A stretch of DNA of 64,000 bases from Candidatus Gastranaerophilales bacterium (GCA_944325665.1 CALVAY010000005.1:18702-82701); one strand, 5' to 3'; counted from the first letter of the stretch, positions 37,191-47,498 are shown. Numbers and translations are program-made. The notes: generated by a model from the sequence alone, not told the origin.

Positions 37191-38087
37191 ATGAAAGGCA
37201 TAATTCTTGCAGGTGGTGCAGGTTCAAGACTTTACCCTGCGTCATTACCAATATCGAAAATTTTACTTCCGGTTTATGATAAACCGATGATTTATTATCC
37301 TATAACTACGCTGCTTTTGGCAGGTATTAAGGATATTTTAATCATAACCAACCCGCTTGATAATCAAAATTTTGAAAAAGTTTTAGGAACAGGCGAGCAA
37401 ATCGGCGTTAAATTTTCTTACATGGTGCAAGAAGTCCCAAGAGGAATTGCGGACAGCTTTTTAATTGCAGAGAAATTTATTGATAACGAGCCTTGCGCTT
37501 TGGTTTTGGGAGATAATATTTTCCACGGCTTTGGTTTTTCTTCCATGCTAAAACGTGTAGGTCAAAAAACAACAGGCGCAACCGTTTTCGGCTATGCGGT
37601 AAATGACCCGCACCGCTTTGGGGTTGTTGAATTTGATGAAAATAACAGAGCAATATCTATTGAAGAAAAGCCTCAAAACCCACGCTCCAACTACGCTGTA
37701 ACAGGTTTGTATTTTTATGATAAACACGTTGTTGAATACGCAAAAACTCTTCAACCCTCAAAAAGAGGCGAGTTAGAGATTACGGATTTAAACAATATCT
37801 ACCTTAAAAAACAAGCGCTGGATGTGGAAATTTTGGGCAGAGGCTTTGCTTGGCTTGATACAGGAACTTTTGAAAGTCTTTTGCAGGCTGCAAACTTTAT
37901 TAAATCAATGGAAGTAAACACAGGCATGAAAATTGCCTGTATCGAAGAAGTAGCTTGGAGAATGGGCTACATCGACGAAGAGCGTTTACTTGAGCTTGGC
38001 AAGCAATATAATAATGATTACGGCGAATACATCAAAAAAATTGTTGAAACCGGTTCAAAAAAATTAAAGAGCAATGCAGTTGTTTAG
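37191..38087 (+). CDS. rfbA: Glucose-1-phosphate thymidylyltransferase
   Basis: MKGIILAGGAGSRLYP, LGDNIF and the EITDLN pattern. Confidence 0.9.
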   Translation: MKGIILAGGAGSRLYPASLPISKILLPVYDKPMIYYPITTLLLAGIKDILIITNPLDNQNFEKVLGTGEQIGVKFSYMVQEVPRGIADSFLIAEKFIDNEPCALVLGDNIFHGFGFSSMLKRVGQKTTGATVFGYAVNDPHRFGVVEFDENNRAISIEEKPQNPRSNYAVTGLYFYDKHVVEYAKTLQPSKRGELEITDLNNIYLKKQALDVEILGRGFAWLDTGTFESLLQAANFIKSMEVNTGMKIACIEEVAWRMGYIDEERLLELGKQYNNDYGEYIKKIVETGSKKLKSNAVV

Positions 38088-38372
38088 ATAATTTACCGTT
38101 TGCACTTTAATTTCGTACAAATATCTTACGAAATTAAGGAAGCATGCGCTTTTTGATGAGACAGTCAGACTTATTTCAAAACCGTCCGAGCAAAAAGGCT
38201 CATAGTCATATACAACGTAATTATTATATTTTGAACGCCATTCCTTTTTTTCGATTCGGCAGCGGTATTCAAGCGCTAAATCTTCCAGCCATGGCAAAAA
38301 TTCCTTGTTAACATCTCTAAATTCCATAAATACACATTCTTCACTTTGTGAACATCTTTTATCGACTAGCAT
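38064..38372 (-). CDS. Hypothetical protein
   Basis: ORF only. Overlaps the rfbA 3' end by 24 nt. Confidence 0.3.
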   Translation of the reverse strand: MLVDKRCSQSEECVFMEFRDVNKEFLPWLEDLALEYRCRIEKKEWRSKYNNYVVYDYEPFCSDGFEISLTVSSKSACFLNFVRYLYEIKVQTVNYLNNCIAL

Positions 38373-38486
38373 TGAACACTCCCTTGTCTTATGTCCTTTT
38401 CTTTTATAGTCTAGCCTCTTTAATGTTCAAAAAAAATAACCGAACAGGCAATTTAGGGATTAAACTTTTTATTAAGTAAATTATAA

Positions 38487-38867
38487 TTAAGCAAAATTTT
38501 TAAGTGTTGAAAAAGCAGCACGAATAATGGAGTATGAAAATATTTTTCTTAAGAAATTAAATTTCTTAAAGCCTTTGTATGCTTTATATGACCTGAGCAA
38601 GAAAAATAAGCTTATAATATCCGCTACAAAGAGAATATATTTTTTTATGTGCATTTGTTTAACTTTTATGATAATTGCCGCAATACGGTTAAATTTCCGT
38701 ATAAATTCTCTTGTAGTTTGAATAAGCGGTTTAATTTGAGCATTTACCTCGATTAGTTGCGAGTTAATCTGTGAAATTTTTTTATCGCACTTTAATATTG
38801 CAAAAGAGATTTGCACGAAAACGAAAATTTCAAGGATAATTGTAAAAATATATATGTATTGCTCCAT
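38487..38867 (-). CDS. Hypothetical membrane protein
   Basis: 126 aa with two hydrophobic segments. Confidence 0.4.
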   Translation of the reverse strand: MEQYIYIFTIILEIFVFVQISFAILKCDKKISQINSQLIEVNAQIKPLIQTTREFIRKFNRIAAIIIKVKQMHIKKYILFVADIISLFFLLRSYKAYKGFKKFNFLRKIFSYSIIRAAFSTLKNFA

Positions 38868-38924
38868 TTGTGTATTATAATTTATATAAAATAATTATTC
38901 CATACGCAGGGCGGGCGATTTTAT

Positions 38925-40319
38925 ATGAAATTCGAAAAAGCTTTAGAATACACAAATAAAATTTACAGATTCTTAAGACGACTTAACTCTGAAGGCACGT
39001 CTTTGCCGGGGAAATATTTAAGAAAATTTTATCCTAATTTTTTAAAAAAAGCTCAAACATACGTTTCTTCCTATAAATTTTCAGTAACGGGAACAAACGG
39101 AAAGACAACTACATCGGGCATTTTGGCACAAATTCTAAAAGAAGCGGGTAACAGCGTAATTCATAACGAACTTGGTGCGAATATGCCAAACGGTATAATG
39201 TGTGCAATTGCGCTTGGTTTGTATCAAAATTACAAAAAAAACTCGAAACTTGAGTGTGTAGATAATCTTGTTATAGAATCCGATGAGGCTTACCTTTCAC
39301 ACATTTTCCGCGAAATGGAGTTTGATTATCTGCTTGTTACAAACTTATTCAGGGATCAGCTGGACAGATACGGCGAGCTTGATATTACAAAGAAGAAAAT
39401 TCAAGAGGGTATTGCCCTAAATCCTTATTTAAAGCTGGTTTTGAATGCTGATGACCCGAGTTTGTATGACATAGATAAAAATATTCCTAATGATAAAATA
39501 GGTTATGCAAAAAGGCGTGAGAGCATTTATTTCGGGTTTGAAAGCGTTGAATTTTGCGATTTTGATGATAAATCAAACAGCCCGTCAGAGGTTATATACT
39601 GCCCTATTTGCAAAAGTCCGCTTAAATACTCAAAAAGATTTTATTCGCATTTAGGTATTTGGAGCTGTGATTGCAAAACAAAAAGGCCCGAGCTTGATGT
39701 AAGTGCAAGAGTTAAGGTCTTTAGAAATTATTCTATTTTGGATGTCAGCTACAAAAACAAAAATATCATGTACAAAGTGAACCTCTCAGGGCTTTATAAT
39801 GCCTATAATGCGCTTGGGGCAATAGCTTGTGCCTATACAACAGGAATTGACAGGAAAATTATTGCAAAAGCTCTTGAAAATTATCGTCCCGTATTTGGCA
39901 GAGCACAAAATGAAAACATAGACGGCAGAGAGGTTTCGATTTATTTAATCAAAAACCCGACAGGTGCGTGCGAAGTTTTAAGAGGGCTTAAAAATATTGA
40001 TGCAAATCTTATGATTGCAATTAACGATAAATACGCCGACGGAAGGGACGTTTCTTGGCTTTGGGATGTAGATTTTGAAATATTAAAAGATTTCAGGGGC
40101 AAAATTTTCATCTCAGGCAACAGGTGTGATGATATGGCGCTAAGGCTTAAATATGCAGGAGTGAGCCTTGGGAATATGGTAATTGATAAGGACGTTAAAA
40201 AGACTTTCGATTTTGCAACACAGAGTATGCAAAGGGGTGAAAAGCTCGTTGTTTTGCCTACATATACCGCACTTTTAGACTTAAATAAAATCTTAAAAAA
40301 CAAAGTAAGGCGTTTTTAG
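38925..40319 (+). CDS. murT: Mur-ligase-family protein, MurT-like (lipid II isoglutaminyl synthase subunit)
   Basis: FSVTGTNGKTTTSGIL P-loop. Internal Cys4 ribbon CPICKS...WSCDC. DUF1727-like C-terminal region. Confidence 0.6.
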   Translation: MKFEKALEYTNKIYRFLRRLNSEGTSLPGKYLRKFYPNFLKKAQTYVSSYKFSVTGTNGKTTTSGILAQILKEAGNSVIHNELGANMPNGIMCAIALGLYQNYKKNSKLECVDNLVIESDEAYLSHIFREMEFDYLLVTNLFRDQLDRYGELDITKKKIQEGIALNPYLKLVLNADDPSLYDIDKNIPNDKIGYAKRRESIYFGFESVEFCDFDDKSNSPSEVIYCPICKSPLKYSKRFYSHLGIWSCDCKTKRPELDVSARVKVFRNYSILDVSYKNKNIMYKVNLSGLYNAYNALGAIACAYTTGIDRKIIAKALENYRPVFGRAQNENIDGREVSIYLIKNPTGACEVLRGLKNIDANLMIAINDKYADGRDVSWLWDVDFEILKDFRGKIFISGNRCDDMALRLKYAGVSLGNMVIDKDVKKTFDFATQSMQRGEKLVVLPTYTALLDLNKILKNKVRRF

Positions 40320-41764
40320 ATTTTCCCTAAAATTTTAAGTTCAAATTCAGGCGCAACCTCTTCAAGGCAAATTACAGGGACGTCAGTGTAAATTTGTGAA
40401 ATTAAAATAAATAAAAGCTGCCTTAAGTGCTGCGGTGCAACAAGAACCGCCTTTTGCTCGCTAAAGATTTGCTTTAATTCTTTTTTAAATTTGGAAAACT
40501 TTGTTCCGTCTATTTTAACCACGCCGCCTTCTTCGTCCTCGCTGTGGTTTTCAAGCGCTCTTATTACGCTTTCGCTTATTTGATAACCGAAAATTCTCTT
40601 GTCTTCATCCGCAAGCGAATAGCAGATTTTTCGAGAAAGCGCAACTCTTAGTTTGTCCAACAAGTCGGTTTTTGTTGATTCGTCCGAAAAGTCATTTATT
40701 TTTTCAAAAATAAATACAACATCTTTGACGCTTACTCTTTCTCGAATTAAGCTGCAAAATATGTATTTAAGCTCGCTTACCGTAATAAAATCGCCCAAAA
40801 TTGAATCTATAAGGTAAGAATTTTGCTCGGAAACCAGCTCAATATAGCGGTTTATGTCGGCATAGTTGAATATTTCATTTACATGAGAAATTGAATAATG
40901 TTTTAGATACTCAACAATATACTCTGTTGCCTCAACCCCTTTTGTCCAGAAGTTTTCACACTGTTTTTTCTCAATCCAGACAATTTTTTTACCGCTTAAT
41001 TTGTCTTTTGTTCTTATTGAATTTTTTGGAAATTTATCCAAATTCAAGTCATCTTCAAAGAACATTAAATGCTCGGGATAAGCCTGTGCCTCAACGATTG
41101 GCACCGCATGAACCGAAATTGTAAAAACAAACTCATCAAGCTCGGGGTTTTCTACAAAACGAACCTTGGGGATAATGTATCCAAGCTCATTTGTCAACTC
41201 CTGTCTTGCTTTTATGGTTTGTGCAAGCAAATTGTTTTCATTTTGAATACTGTTTAAACAATATAACTCTTCGCTTAAATCAATGGAAAGCCTTTCTTCG
41301 CCGAGGTTTTGTACCATGTTAACGGGCGATAAAAGATTTTTAAGCTGTTTTTTTAAGTTGTTTAATCTGTCAATTTCGTGCGAAATTTCTTCGTTTAAAA
41401 AGGCGCGCTCGTCCTCTTTTGCACTTTCAAGAAATTTCTTTATTTCTTCGATTTTTTGGCGCTTTTCACGAATTTTCTTTTGAATGTTTAAGCACAATTC
41501 ATAAGGCTGCTCTTTAGAGTAGAGCATTTTTTCCATCTGAGTTTTAAAACCTGCAATGTCTTCAAACTCGGCTTCATCGTAGATATTTTCAACTTCACGA
41601 ACAAAAAGACAATTATAGACAATTTTTGTCCCGTTGTCCGATTCGTAAATTGAGTATAAATCCCAGCCTTCCTTTGACATTGAATTGAGGGTATTTTCAA
41701 GCAAAATAATTTCATCTGAAGGACAAACTTTTATGGAAAATTCCTGACGGGTAGGTTTAAACAT
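40316..41764 (-). CDS. Soluble protein with an FlhA-like cytoplasmic (FHIPEP C-terminal) domain, preceded by a small alpha/beta domain and a coiled coil; no TM domain
   Basis: ELGYIIPKVRFVENPELDEFVFTISVHAVPIVEA and SVKDVVFIFEKINDF...LLDKLRVALSRKI resemble the FlhA-C motifs (LG..P.VRIRDN..L....Y.I.I.G; SIRDL.TI.E.L.D). Confidence 0.5.
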   Translation of the reverse strand: MFKPTRQEFSIKVCPSDEIILLENTLNSMSKEGWDLYSIYESDNGTKIVYNCLFVREVENIYDEAEFEDIAGFKTQMEKMLYSKEQPYELCLNIQKKIREKRQKIEEIKKFLESAKEDERAFLNEEISHEIDRLNNLKKQLKNLLSPVNMVQNLGEERLSIDLSEELYCLNSIQNENNLLAQTIKARQELTNELGYIIPKVRFVENPELDEFVFTISVHAVPIVEAQAYPEHLMFFEDDLNLDKFPKNSIRTKDKLSGKKIVWIEKKQCENFWTKGVEATEYIVEYLKHYSISHVNEIFNYADINRYIELVSEQNSYLIDSILGDFITVSELKYIFCSLIRERVSVKDVVFIFEKINDFSDESTKTDLLDKLRVALSRKICYSLADEDKRIFGYQISESVIRALENHSEDEEGGVVKIDGTKFSKFKKELKQIFSEQKAVLVAPQHLRQLLFILISQIYTDVPVICLEEVAPEFELKILGKI

Positions 41765-41808
41765 ATCCTTATTTTATCATATTTTATTAAAAAATTCATA
41801 AAAAATTA

Positions 41809-42070
41809 AAAGCCACGCCCTGCCTATCGTCGCCTAAAATACAAAAATCCGACTAAAATACCTCCAATTCAAAGTTTCACACCCGTTAACTTCAACTTAG
41901 TGCTGCTATGTTTCCATCCTGACACGGTTCGCTGCATAATCGCCGCAAAACTTTGTATCATCAACAATATTTTAGTTTTCAATTTGCACCCTAAACGCCT
42001 CATAGCAGGCTTTGCACCCGACATAAGCTTTCGGTCGAGGGCTTGCAACACCCCGTGAAGCGTGGCTCTA
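41809..42070 (-). ncRNA. ffs: Signal recognition particle RNA, long (Alu-domain-containing) form
   Basis: The minus-strand sequence GAACCGUGUCAGGAUGGAAACAUAGCAGCACUAAGU matches the universally conserved SRP domain IV. Compare B. subtilis GAACCAUGUCAGGUCCGGAAGGAAGCAGCAUUAAGU, including the GNRA loop. The terminal helix pairs AGCCACG (41811-41817) with CGTGGCT (42061-42067), followed by a U-tract. Confidence 0.85.
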
Positions 42071-42201
42071 AAATAATAACATAAATAAGTGTAGTTTTTC
42101 CATTATTAAATATTATTACAAATGGTATATAAAAAAAATATACATGCCGTTTTTTTGTATAAAAACCGTTTATAATATAAATAGAGAATAATGGGAAGGT
42201 T

Positions 42202-42546
42202 ATGAGAGTTCTAAGTACAGAAGCGACAACACCTAACGGTAACAAATACAAAATAACTCGTCTGGGAAGAATAATCGGTGCGGGTTCATTCTCTGCTTGG
42301 GGTCTGGCTCAATCAGTTAAAAATTTTCAAACTGATGAATATGCAAAGAGATTAGCAGACAGTGCAAAAAATGCAGGTAAATACGGCTTGCACAATTTCC
42401 CGAAATTGAGAAAAGGCGTGTTTGTTGCCTCAAGTGCTGCGATAGTTGGTTTTTGCGGTTTTATTGCAGGCGGTCTGGTTGACTTTGTGATAAACCGAAA
42501 TTCAAAGAAAAAAGCTGACGAAACAAAATTAAATACTAAAGCATAA
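42202..42546 (+). CDS. Hypothetical membrane protein
   Basis: RBS GGGAAGG. C-terminal glycine-zipper-like TM segment (AAIVGFCGFIAGGLV). Confidence 0.45.
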   Translation: MRVLSTEATTPNGNKYKITRLGRIIGAGSFSAWGLAQSVKNFQTDEYAKRLADSAKNAGKYGLHNFPKLRKGVFVASSAAIVGFCGFIAGGLVDFVINRNSKKKADETKLNTKA

Positions 42547-42622
42547 ATCGCCCGACTTATCTAAAGTGTGGGCGATACTTTTGTCTAATGAAATACTTTA
42601 AAAATTTCTTTATCATTGTTGT

Positions 42623-42832
42623 ATGGAGAAATTTAAAGTTCGACATATAGTAAATTGCGATAATAAAAAAAAGGCTCTTAAATATTTGATAGGATATTTA
42701 AAAGAGCTTAAAATGCACTTTAATTTGGAAGATGGGGATATTATAAGCATACTTGGCAGCACATATTTTGAAATTCACAAACAAAATGTTTTCCAAAAAT
42801 GTTCAAATGTGATAAAATCTCTTTTGCACTAA
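42623..42832 (+). CDS. Hypothetical small protein
   Basis: ORF only. Confidence 0.3.
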   Translation: MEKFKVRHIVNCDNKKKALKYLIGYLKELKMHFNLEDGDIISILGSTYFEIHKQNVFQKCSNVIKSLLH

Positions 42833-42847
42833 ATTTAAGAGAGAATT

Positions 42848-43486
42848 ATGATAGTTAAAAAATTACCGCTTGGCCCGATTGGAGCAAATACATATATTTT
42901 AGGCGATGAAACATCTAAAAAGGCAATTTTAATTGACTGTACGGGAGATTGTCTTGAAATAAAAAAAGCACTTGATAACGACAATCTGAATTTAGTTGCA
43001 ATCTTTTTGACACACGGGCATTTTGACCATGTTTTAGGTGTAAATGACATAAAGAAAATTTACCCTGATGTAAAAGTTTATATTAATAAAGAGGATGAAG
43101 TTCTCTGCCAAAACATTGCCGTTCAGTGTGCTCATTTTGGAATAAACTCTTGCGATGTGCCAAAAATTGACGAATACATTGATGAAAATTCAAAATTCGA
43201 CATTTCAGGCTTTGACATAAAAGCAATTTCAACTCCGGGACATTCAAAAGGTTCGCTTTGTTATTTAATAAACGGGGAGCTTTTCTCGGGTGATACATTA
43301 TTTTACACTGAAATTGGCCGCTGCGACTTATTCGGCGGAAGTTTCAGCGAAATTGAAAAAAGCATCAGAGGCAAACTCTTTGTTTTAGATGATAAAACAA
43401 TAGTCCACCCCGGGCATGGACAAGATACGTCAATAGCCTATGAAATCAAGCATAATGCTTATTTTGGGGAAAATTCAAGATATTAA
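42848..43486 (+). CDS. MBL-fold metallo-hydrolase (hydroxyacylglutathione hydrolase-like)
   Basis: THGHFDH motif and later TPGHS and HPGHG. Confidence 0.8.
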   Translation: MIVKKLPLGPIGANTYILGDETSKKAILIDCTGDCLEIKKALDNDNLNLVAIFLTHGHFDHVLGVNDIKKIYPDVKVYINKEDEVLCQNIAVQCAHFGINSCDVPKIDEYIDENSKFDISGFDIKAISTPGHSKGSLCYLINGELFSGDTLFYTEIGRCDLFGGSFSEIEKSIRGKLFVLDDKTIVHPGHGQDTSIAYEIKHNAYFGENSRY

Positions 43487-43531
43487 AAAAACTGTCGAAA
43501 CATCTAAATATAAGATATTTTAGGGGAAAAA

Positions 43532-43951
43532 ATGGAAATAACTTTTGAAGAATTATTAAACAAAGCAAAGGAAGTAAGCAAAAATTCTTATTCACCTTAT
43601 TCAAAATTTAAAGTCGGGGCTGCCGTTTTGTATGAAAGCAACAAAATATACTGCGGTGTCAACGTTGAAAACGTGAGTTACGGGATAACCCTGTGTGCCG
43701 AGAGAACTGCAATTTCGAGCGCTATTGCGCAAGGTGAAAAAACGAAAATCAAAGCTATTGCCGTTTATTCGCCTAATCAAAAAAACTGTCTGCCCTGTGG
43801 TGCTTGTCGTCAGTGGCTTGCGGAATTTGCACCCGATGACACCTCTAAACTAAGAGTTGTTTTGGAAGGCTGCAAAGGCGAAGCCGTGGATTGGGGATTG
43901 GATGAAATTTTCCCCGACAGCTTTAAATTTACTTACTGTGAGCCAAATTAG
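43532..43951 (+). CDS. cdd: Cytidine deaminase
   Basis: CAERTAI and PCGACRQ zinc-binding motifs. Confidence 0.9.
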   Translation: MEITFEELLNKAKEVSKNSYSPYSKFKVGAAVLYESNKIYCGVNVENVSYGITLCAERTAISSAIAQGEKTKIKAIAVYSPNQKNCLPCGACRQWLAEFAPDDTSKLRVVLEGCKGEAVDWGLDEIFPDSFKFTYCEPN

Positions 43952-44820
43952 AATTTTTCAACCGCAAGTAAGGCTGCACCAATCATTCCTGCATAGTTAC
44001 CCGATGTCGCATGTAAGATTTTTGTCGGCAAGGTAACAATTTCGTCGTTTACGATTTTTTCCATGTACTCTACATCGCAAAAATTGCCCATTGAGCCTGA
44101 AAGTATTATACAGTCGGGGTCAAAAATATCCGCAAGTCCGATAAGCCCTGCTATAATGTAGTTTTGCCATACATTAAACACTTTTAGCATTAGGCTGTCG
44201 CCCTTATCAACCCCTTTAATTATGTCATAGGTAGTTATATCTTTGTTTTTGGTGTGTTCGATACCTGTAATTCTAAGCCCGTTGCCGGATGCGTAAATTT
44301 CAAAGCAATCATAAGCATCACAAGTACATTGGCGATTTTTTTCCATAGACATTTTAAAGTGCATTTCGCCTGCTACACCGGATTTGCCCTTTAAAAGCTT
44401 TCCGTCCACGATTATACCGCCGCCTACACCCGTTCCCAAGGTTAAAGTAATTGAGTTGTCCATATGTCTTGCAGAACCTATTTTGTACTCTGCCCAAGCG
44501 GCACAATTTGCATCGTTTTCAACAAAAACGGGTTTTTTGGATAATTTTTCAAATTCTGTTTTAGGGTAACCCATAGGCAGATTTGCAGTTGAACAAATTA
44601 CCCTTGTATTTTCTTTGTTTACGCCGCCCGCGGTTGAAATTGCAATCATATCAACGTTTTTTTCGTGTTTTGCAATTATTTCTTTTAATTTTTCCACAAT
44701 TTCTTCACAGGTTTTAGGAGTCGGAGTTTTCTCTATTTGCGAAATTATTTCGCCCTTTTTGTTAATTATGGCATTATAAATTTTTGTTCCGCCAATATCA
44801 AAACTTAAAACTTTTTTCAT
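43948..44820 (-). CDS. ROK family sugar kinase (likely N-acetylmannosamine kinase or glucokinase)
   Basis: FDIGGTK, LTLGTGVGGG and the ROK Cys motif. Coupled to nanE. Confidence 0.8.
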   Translation of the reverse strand: MKKVLSFDIGGTKIYNAIINKKGEIISQIEKTPTPKTCEEIVEKLKEIIAKHEKNVDMIAISTAGGVNKENTRVICSTANLPMGYPKTEFEKLSKKPVFVENDANCAAWAEYKIGSARHMDNSITLTLGTGVGGGIIVDGKLLKGKSGVAGEMHFKMSMEKNRQCTCDAYDCFEIYASGNGLRITGIEHTKNKDITTYDIIKGVDKGDSLMLKVFNVWQNYIIAGLIGLADIFDPDCIILSGSMGNFCDVEYMEKIVNDEIVTLPTKILHATSGNYAGMIGAALLAVEKF

Positions 44821-45500
44821 TTTATTTTCTCCACAAACCTTTTAACGATTAATTGCGGACGTGTAACCGCCGAACCTATTACAACACAAAATGCACCCGA
44901 ATTAAATGCCTCTTTGACATCCTCAGGTGTCCAAATTTTACCCTCGACTATGACAGGGGTATCAAAATCTTTGCTTAGGCGTCTTGTAAGCTCAAAGTCA
45001 GGTGTATCGGGTTTTGATTTTGTTTGCTGCGTATATCCGCTTAGCGTTGTTGAAACTATGTCTGCCCCAAGGTTTATAGCATTTTGTGCTTCTTCATAAG
45101 TTGCAATATCCGCCATGGCAAGTTTTCCTTGAGATTTAATGTATTTAATTAAATCCTCAAGTGTTTCGCCATTTGGGCGCTCTCTTTTTGTGCCGTCAAA
45201 GGCAACAATATCCGCACCTGCTTCGATAATTTTTTTCGCATCGCTGATGTTGGGTGTAATATAAACAACATCCAAGTAATTTTCGGGAATTTTATTCGGC
45301 TTTGTAATGCCGATTACAGGCAAATTCGGGAAAAGTTTTTTTGCGTTTTTTATGTCTCTTTCACCCGCAAGTCTTAACCCGCCTGCCCCGCCTGCCACAA
45401 CGCTTTTAATCATCGCTGTCATTGCTTCTTCTTGATACAGTGGCTCATCAGGCATGGCTTGAGAAGAAATTATAATTTTATTTTTCAAGTTTTGTAACAT
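44817..45500 (-). CDS. nanE: N-acetylmannosamine-6-phosphate 2-epimerase
   Basis: 227 aa with the SSQAMPDEPL, GITK and VIGSAVTRP pattern. Confidence 0.85.
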   Translation of the reverse strand: MLQNLKNKIIISSQAMPDEPLYQEEAMTAMIKSVVAGGAGGLRLAGERDIKNAKKLFPNLPVIGITKPNKIPENYLDVVYITPNISDAKKIIEAGADIVAFDGTKRERPNGETLEDLIKYIKSQGKLAMADIATYEEAQNAINLGADIVSTTLSGYTQQTKSKPDTPDFELTRRLSKDFDTPVIVEGKIWTPEDVKEAFNSGAFCVVIGSAVTRPQLIVKRFVEKIK

Positions 45501-45600
45501 ATTTGAAGTACCTCTTAGAAAAATTATACACCAAATTGACCATGATTTTTATTTTTGATTTATACTATTATACATACACAACAATAAAATAAGAGGAACT

Positions 45601-46893
45601 ATGACTAAACACACTATTGAAAGACAAGAAGGAAATCTTGTAAAAATTGACATCACAGTTGACGCTAAAGTTGCTAATGAAGCTTATTTAAGAACACTTA
45701 AAAGAATTGCTCAAAATATTAACATAGCAGGCTTTAGACGTGGAAAAGCCCCGAATAATGTTGTTGAAAAATACGTGGGCGTTGAAAGAATTAAAATTGA
45801 AGCTATGGAAAATCTTTTCCCGCAAGAGTTTGCACGTGTTGCACAAGAAGAAAATCTTGACCTTGCTACTCAACCGACTATTGAAAACTACGAATTTGAA
45901 GCAGGAAAAGACCTAACAATTCACGTTAGAGCAGAAGTTAAACCCGAGGTTAAACTTGCTCCTTACAAAGACGTTGAAGTTGAATATGAAGAGTTCAAAA
46001 ATGAACCCGATGCACTTGAAAAAGAACTTCAAATGCTTCAAGAAAGATTTGCAACACTTGAAGTTGTTGATAAAAAAGCAACAGATAAAGACCTTGTAGT
46101 TTTTGACTTTGAAGGCAGCGTTGACGGCGAATTAATCGAACATGGCGCAGGCAAAAACTACACTCTTGATTTAGCTCATTCAAACTTTATCCCCGGTTTT
46201 GCGGAAGGTCTTGTAGGCCACGGCGCAGGCGAAGAGTTTGTTATTGATGTTAAATTCCCTGAAAATTACCATGAGCCTAAGCTAAAAGGTGCTGATGCCA
46301 AGTTCAAAATTAACTTGCATGAAGTTAAAGAAAGAAAATTGCCCGAATTAAACGATGAACTTGCAAAAAAAGCTGGTAAATTTGAAACTTTAGATGCTCT
46401 TAAAGAAGATATTCAAAAATATCTTGAAGATGCTGCTAATTTTGAAAACGAAAAAAGAAAATCAGACGCAATTTTCAACAAAATCTACAATGACACACAA
46501 ATTGACATTCAAGATTCTATGATTGAGCGTGAAGTTGAAGCAGTTCGCGAAGAAACTAAACAAAACGCTATTCGCCAAGGTCAAGATTGGCAAAAAATCG
46601 TTGATGCTGAAGGTCAAGAATCAGTTCATGAAAAACTTCGTGAAGAAGCGGTTAAGAGAATTAAAAACTCTTTAATTATTGAAAAAATCACAAAAGATGA
46701 AAATATTAAAATCGAACAATCCGATATGTTAAGCCAAATTCAAGAATTGGCAAGAATGTACGGTGCTAATGCGACAACAGTGTTTGAAGAAATGAAGAAA
46801 AATCCTTCTTCTTTCGGCTTGTTGTCTCAACAAATTGCAACAAGAAAGGTTAATGACCTTCTTCTAAGTGCAAATAAATTCAAAACAAAATAG
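45601..46893 (+). CDS. tig: Trigger factor
   Basis: GFRRGKAP motif, FKBP-type middle domain and a position upstream of clpP-clpX. Confidence 0.9.
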   Translation: MTKHTIERQEGNLVKIDITVDAKVANEAYLRTLKRIAQNINIAGFRRGKAPNNVVEKYVGVERIKIEAMENLFPQEFARVAQEENLDLATQPTIENYEFEAGKDLTIHVRAEVKPEVKLAPYKDVEVEYEEFKNEPDALEKELQMLQERFATLEVVDKKATDKDLVVFDFEGSVDGELIEHGAGKNYTLDLAHSNFIPGFAEGLVGHGAGEEFVIDVKFPENYHEPKLKGADAKFKINLHEVKERKLPELNDELAKKAGKFETLDALKEDIQKYLEDAANFENEKRKSDAIFNKIYNDTQIDIQDSMIEREVEAVREETKQNAIRQGQDWQKIVDAEGQESVHEKLREEAVKRIKNSLIIEKITKDENIKIEQSDMLSQIQELARMYGANATTVFEEMKKNPSSFGLLSQQIATRKVNDLLLSANKFKTK

Positions 46894-46907
46894 TGAAAGG
46901 AAATTAT

Positions 46908-47498
46908 ATGAGTTTCGTACCTGTTGTAATAGAACAATCATCTCGCGGCGAAAGGTCTTTTGATATTTTCTCAAGACTTTTAAGAGAGAGAATTATATTT
47001 TTGGGAACACCCATTGATGATATGGTAGCTAACCTTGTTGTAGCTCAAATGTTGTTATTGGACAGCGAAAACCCCGAAAAAGATATTATGCTCTACATTA
47101 ACTCCCCCGGTGGGTCTGTTACCGCAGGTTTTGCTATATACGACACTATGCAGCACATAAGAGCGGATGTTTCTACAATCTGCTTAGGTCAAGCGGCTTC
47201 TATGGGTGCATTTTTACTTTCATCAGGTAAAAAAGGCAAACGTCTTGCGCTTCCTCACTCAAGAGTGCTAATTCACCAGCCTTTGGGTGGTGCTCAAGGT
47301 CAAGCAACCGACATCGAAATTCAGGCCAATGAAATTTTAAGAATTAAAAAATCTTTAAATAACATTTTGGCTGCAAACACAGGTCAACCTCTTAAGAAAA
47401 TTGAAAAAGATACTGACCGTGATTACATTATGACTCCTGAAGAAGCCGTTGAATACGGTATGATTGACAGAGTTATAACATTAGAAAACAATGCTTAA
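46908..47498 (+). CDS. clpP: ATP-dependent Clp protease proteolytic subunit
   Basis: The start is moved to the ATG at 46908 after [19 protein letters not shown] and the [11 protein letters not shown] catalytic Ser region. Confidence 0.95.
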   Translation: MSFVPVVIEQSSRGERSFDIFSRLLRERIIFLGTPIDDMVANLVVAQMLLLDSENPEKDIMLYINSPGGSVTAGFAIYDTMQHIRADVSTICLGQAASMGAFLLSSGKKGKRLALPHSRVLIHQPLGGAQGQATDIEIQANEILRIKKSLNNILAANTGQPLKKIEKDTDRDYIMTPEEAVEYGMIDRVITLENNA

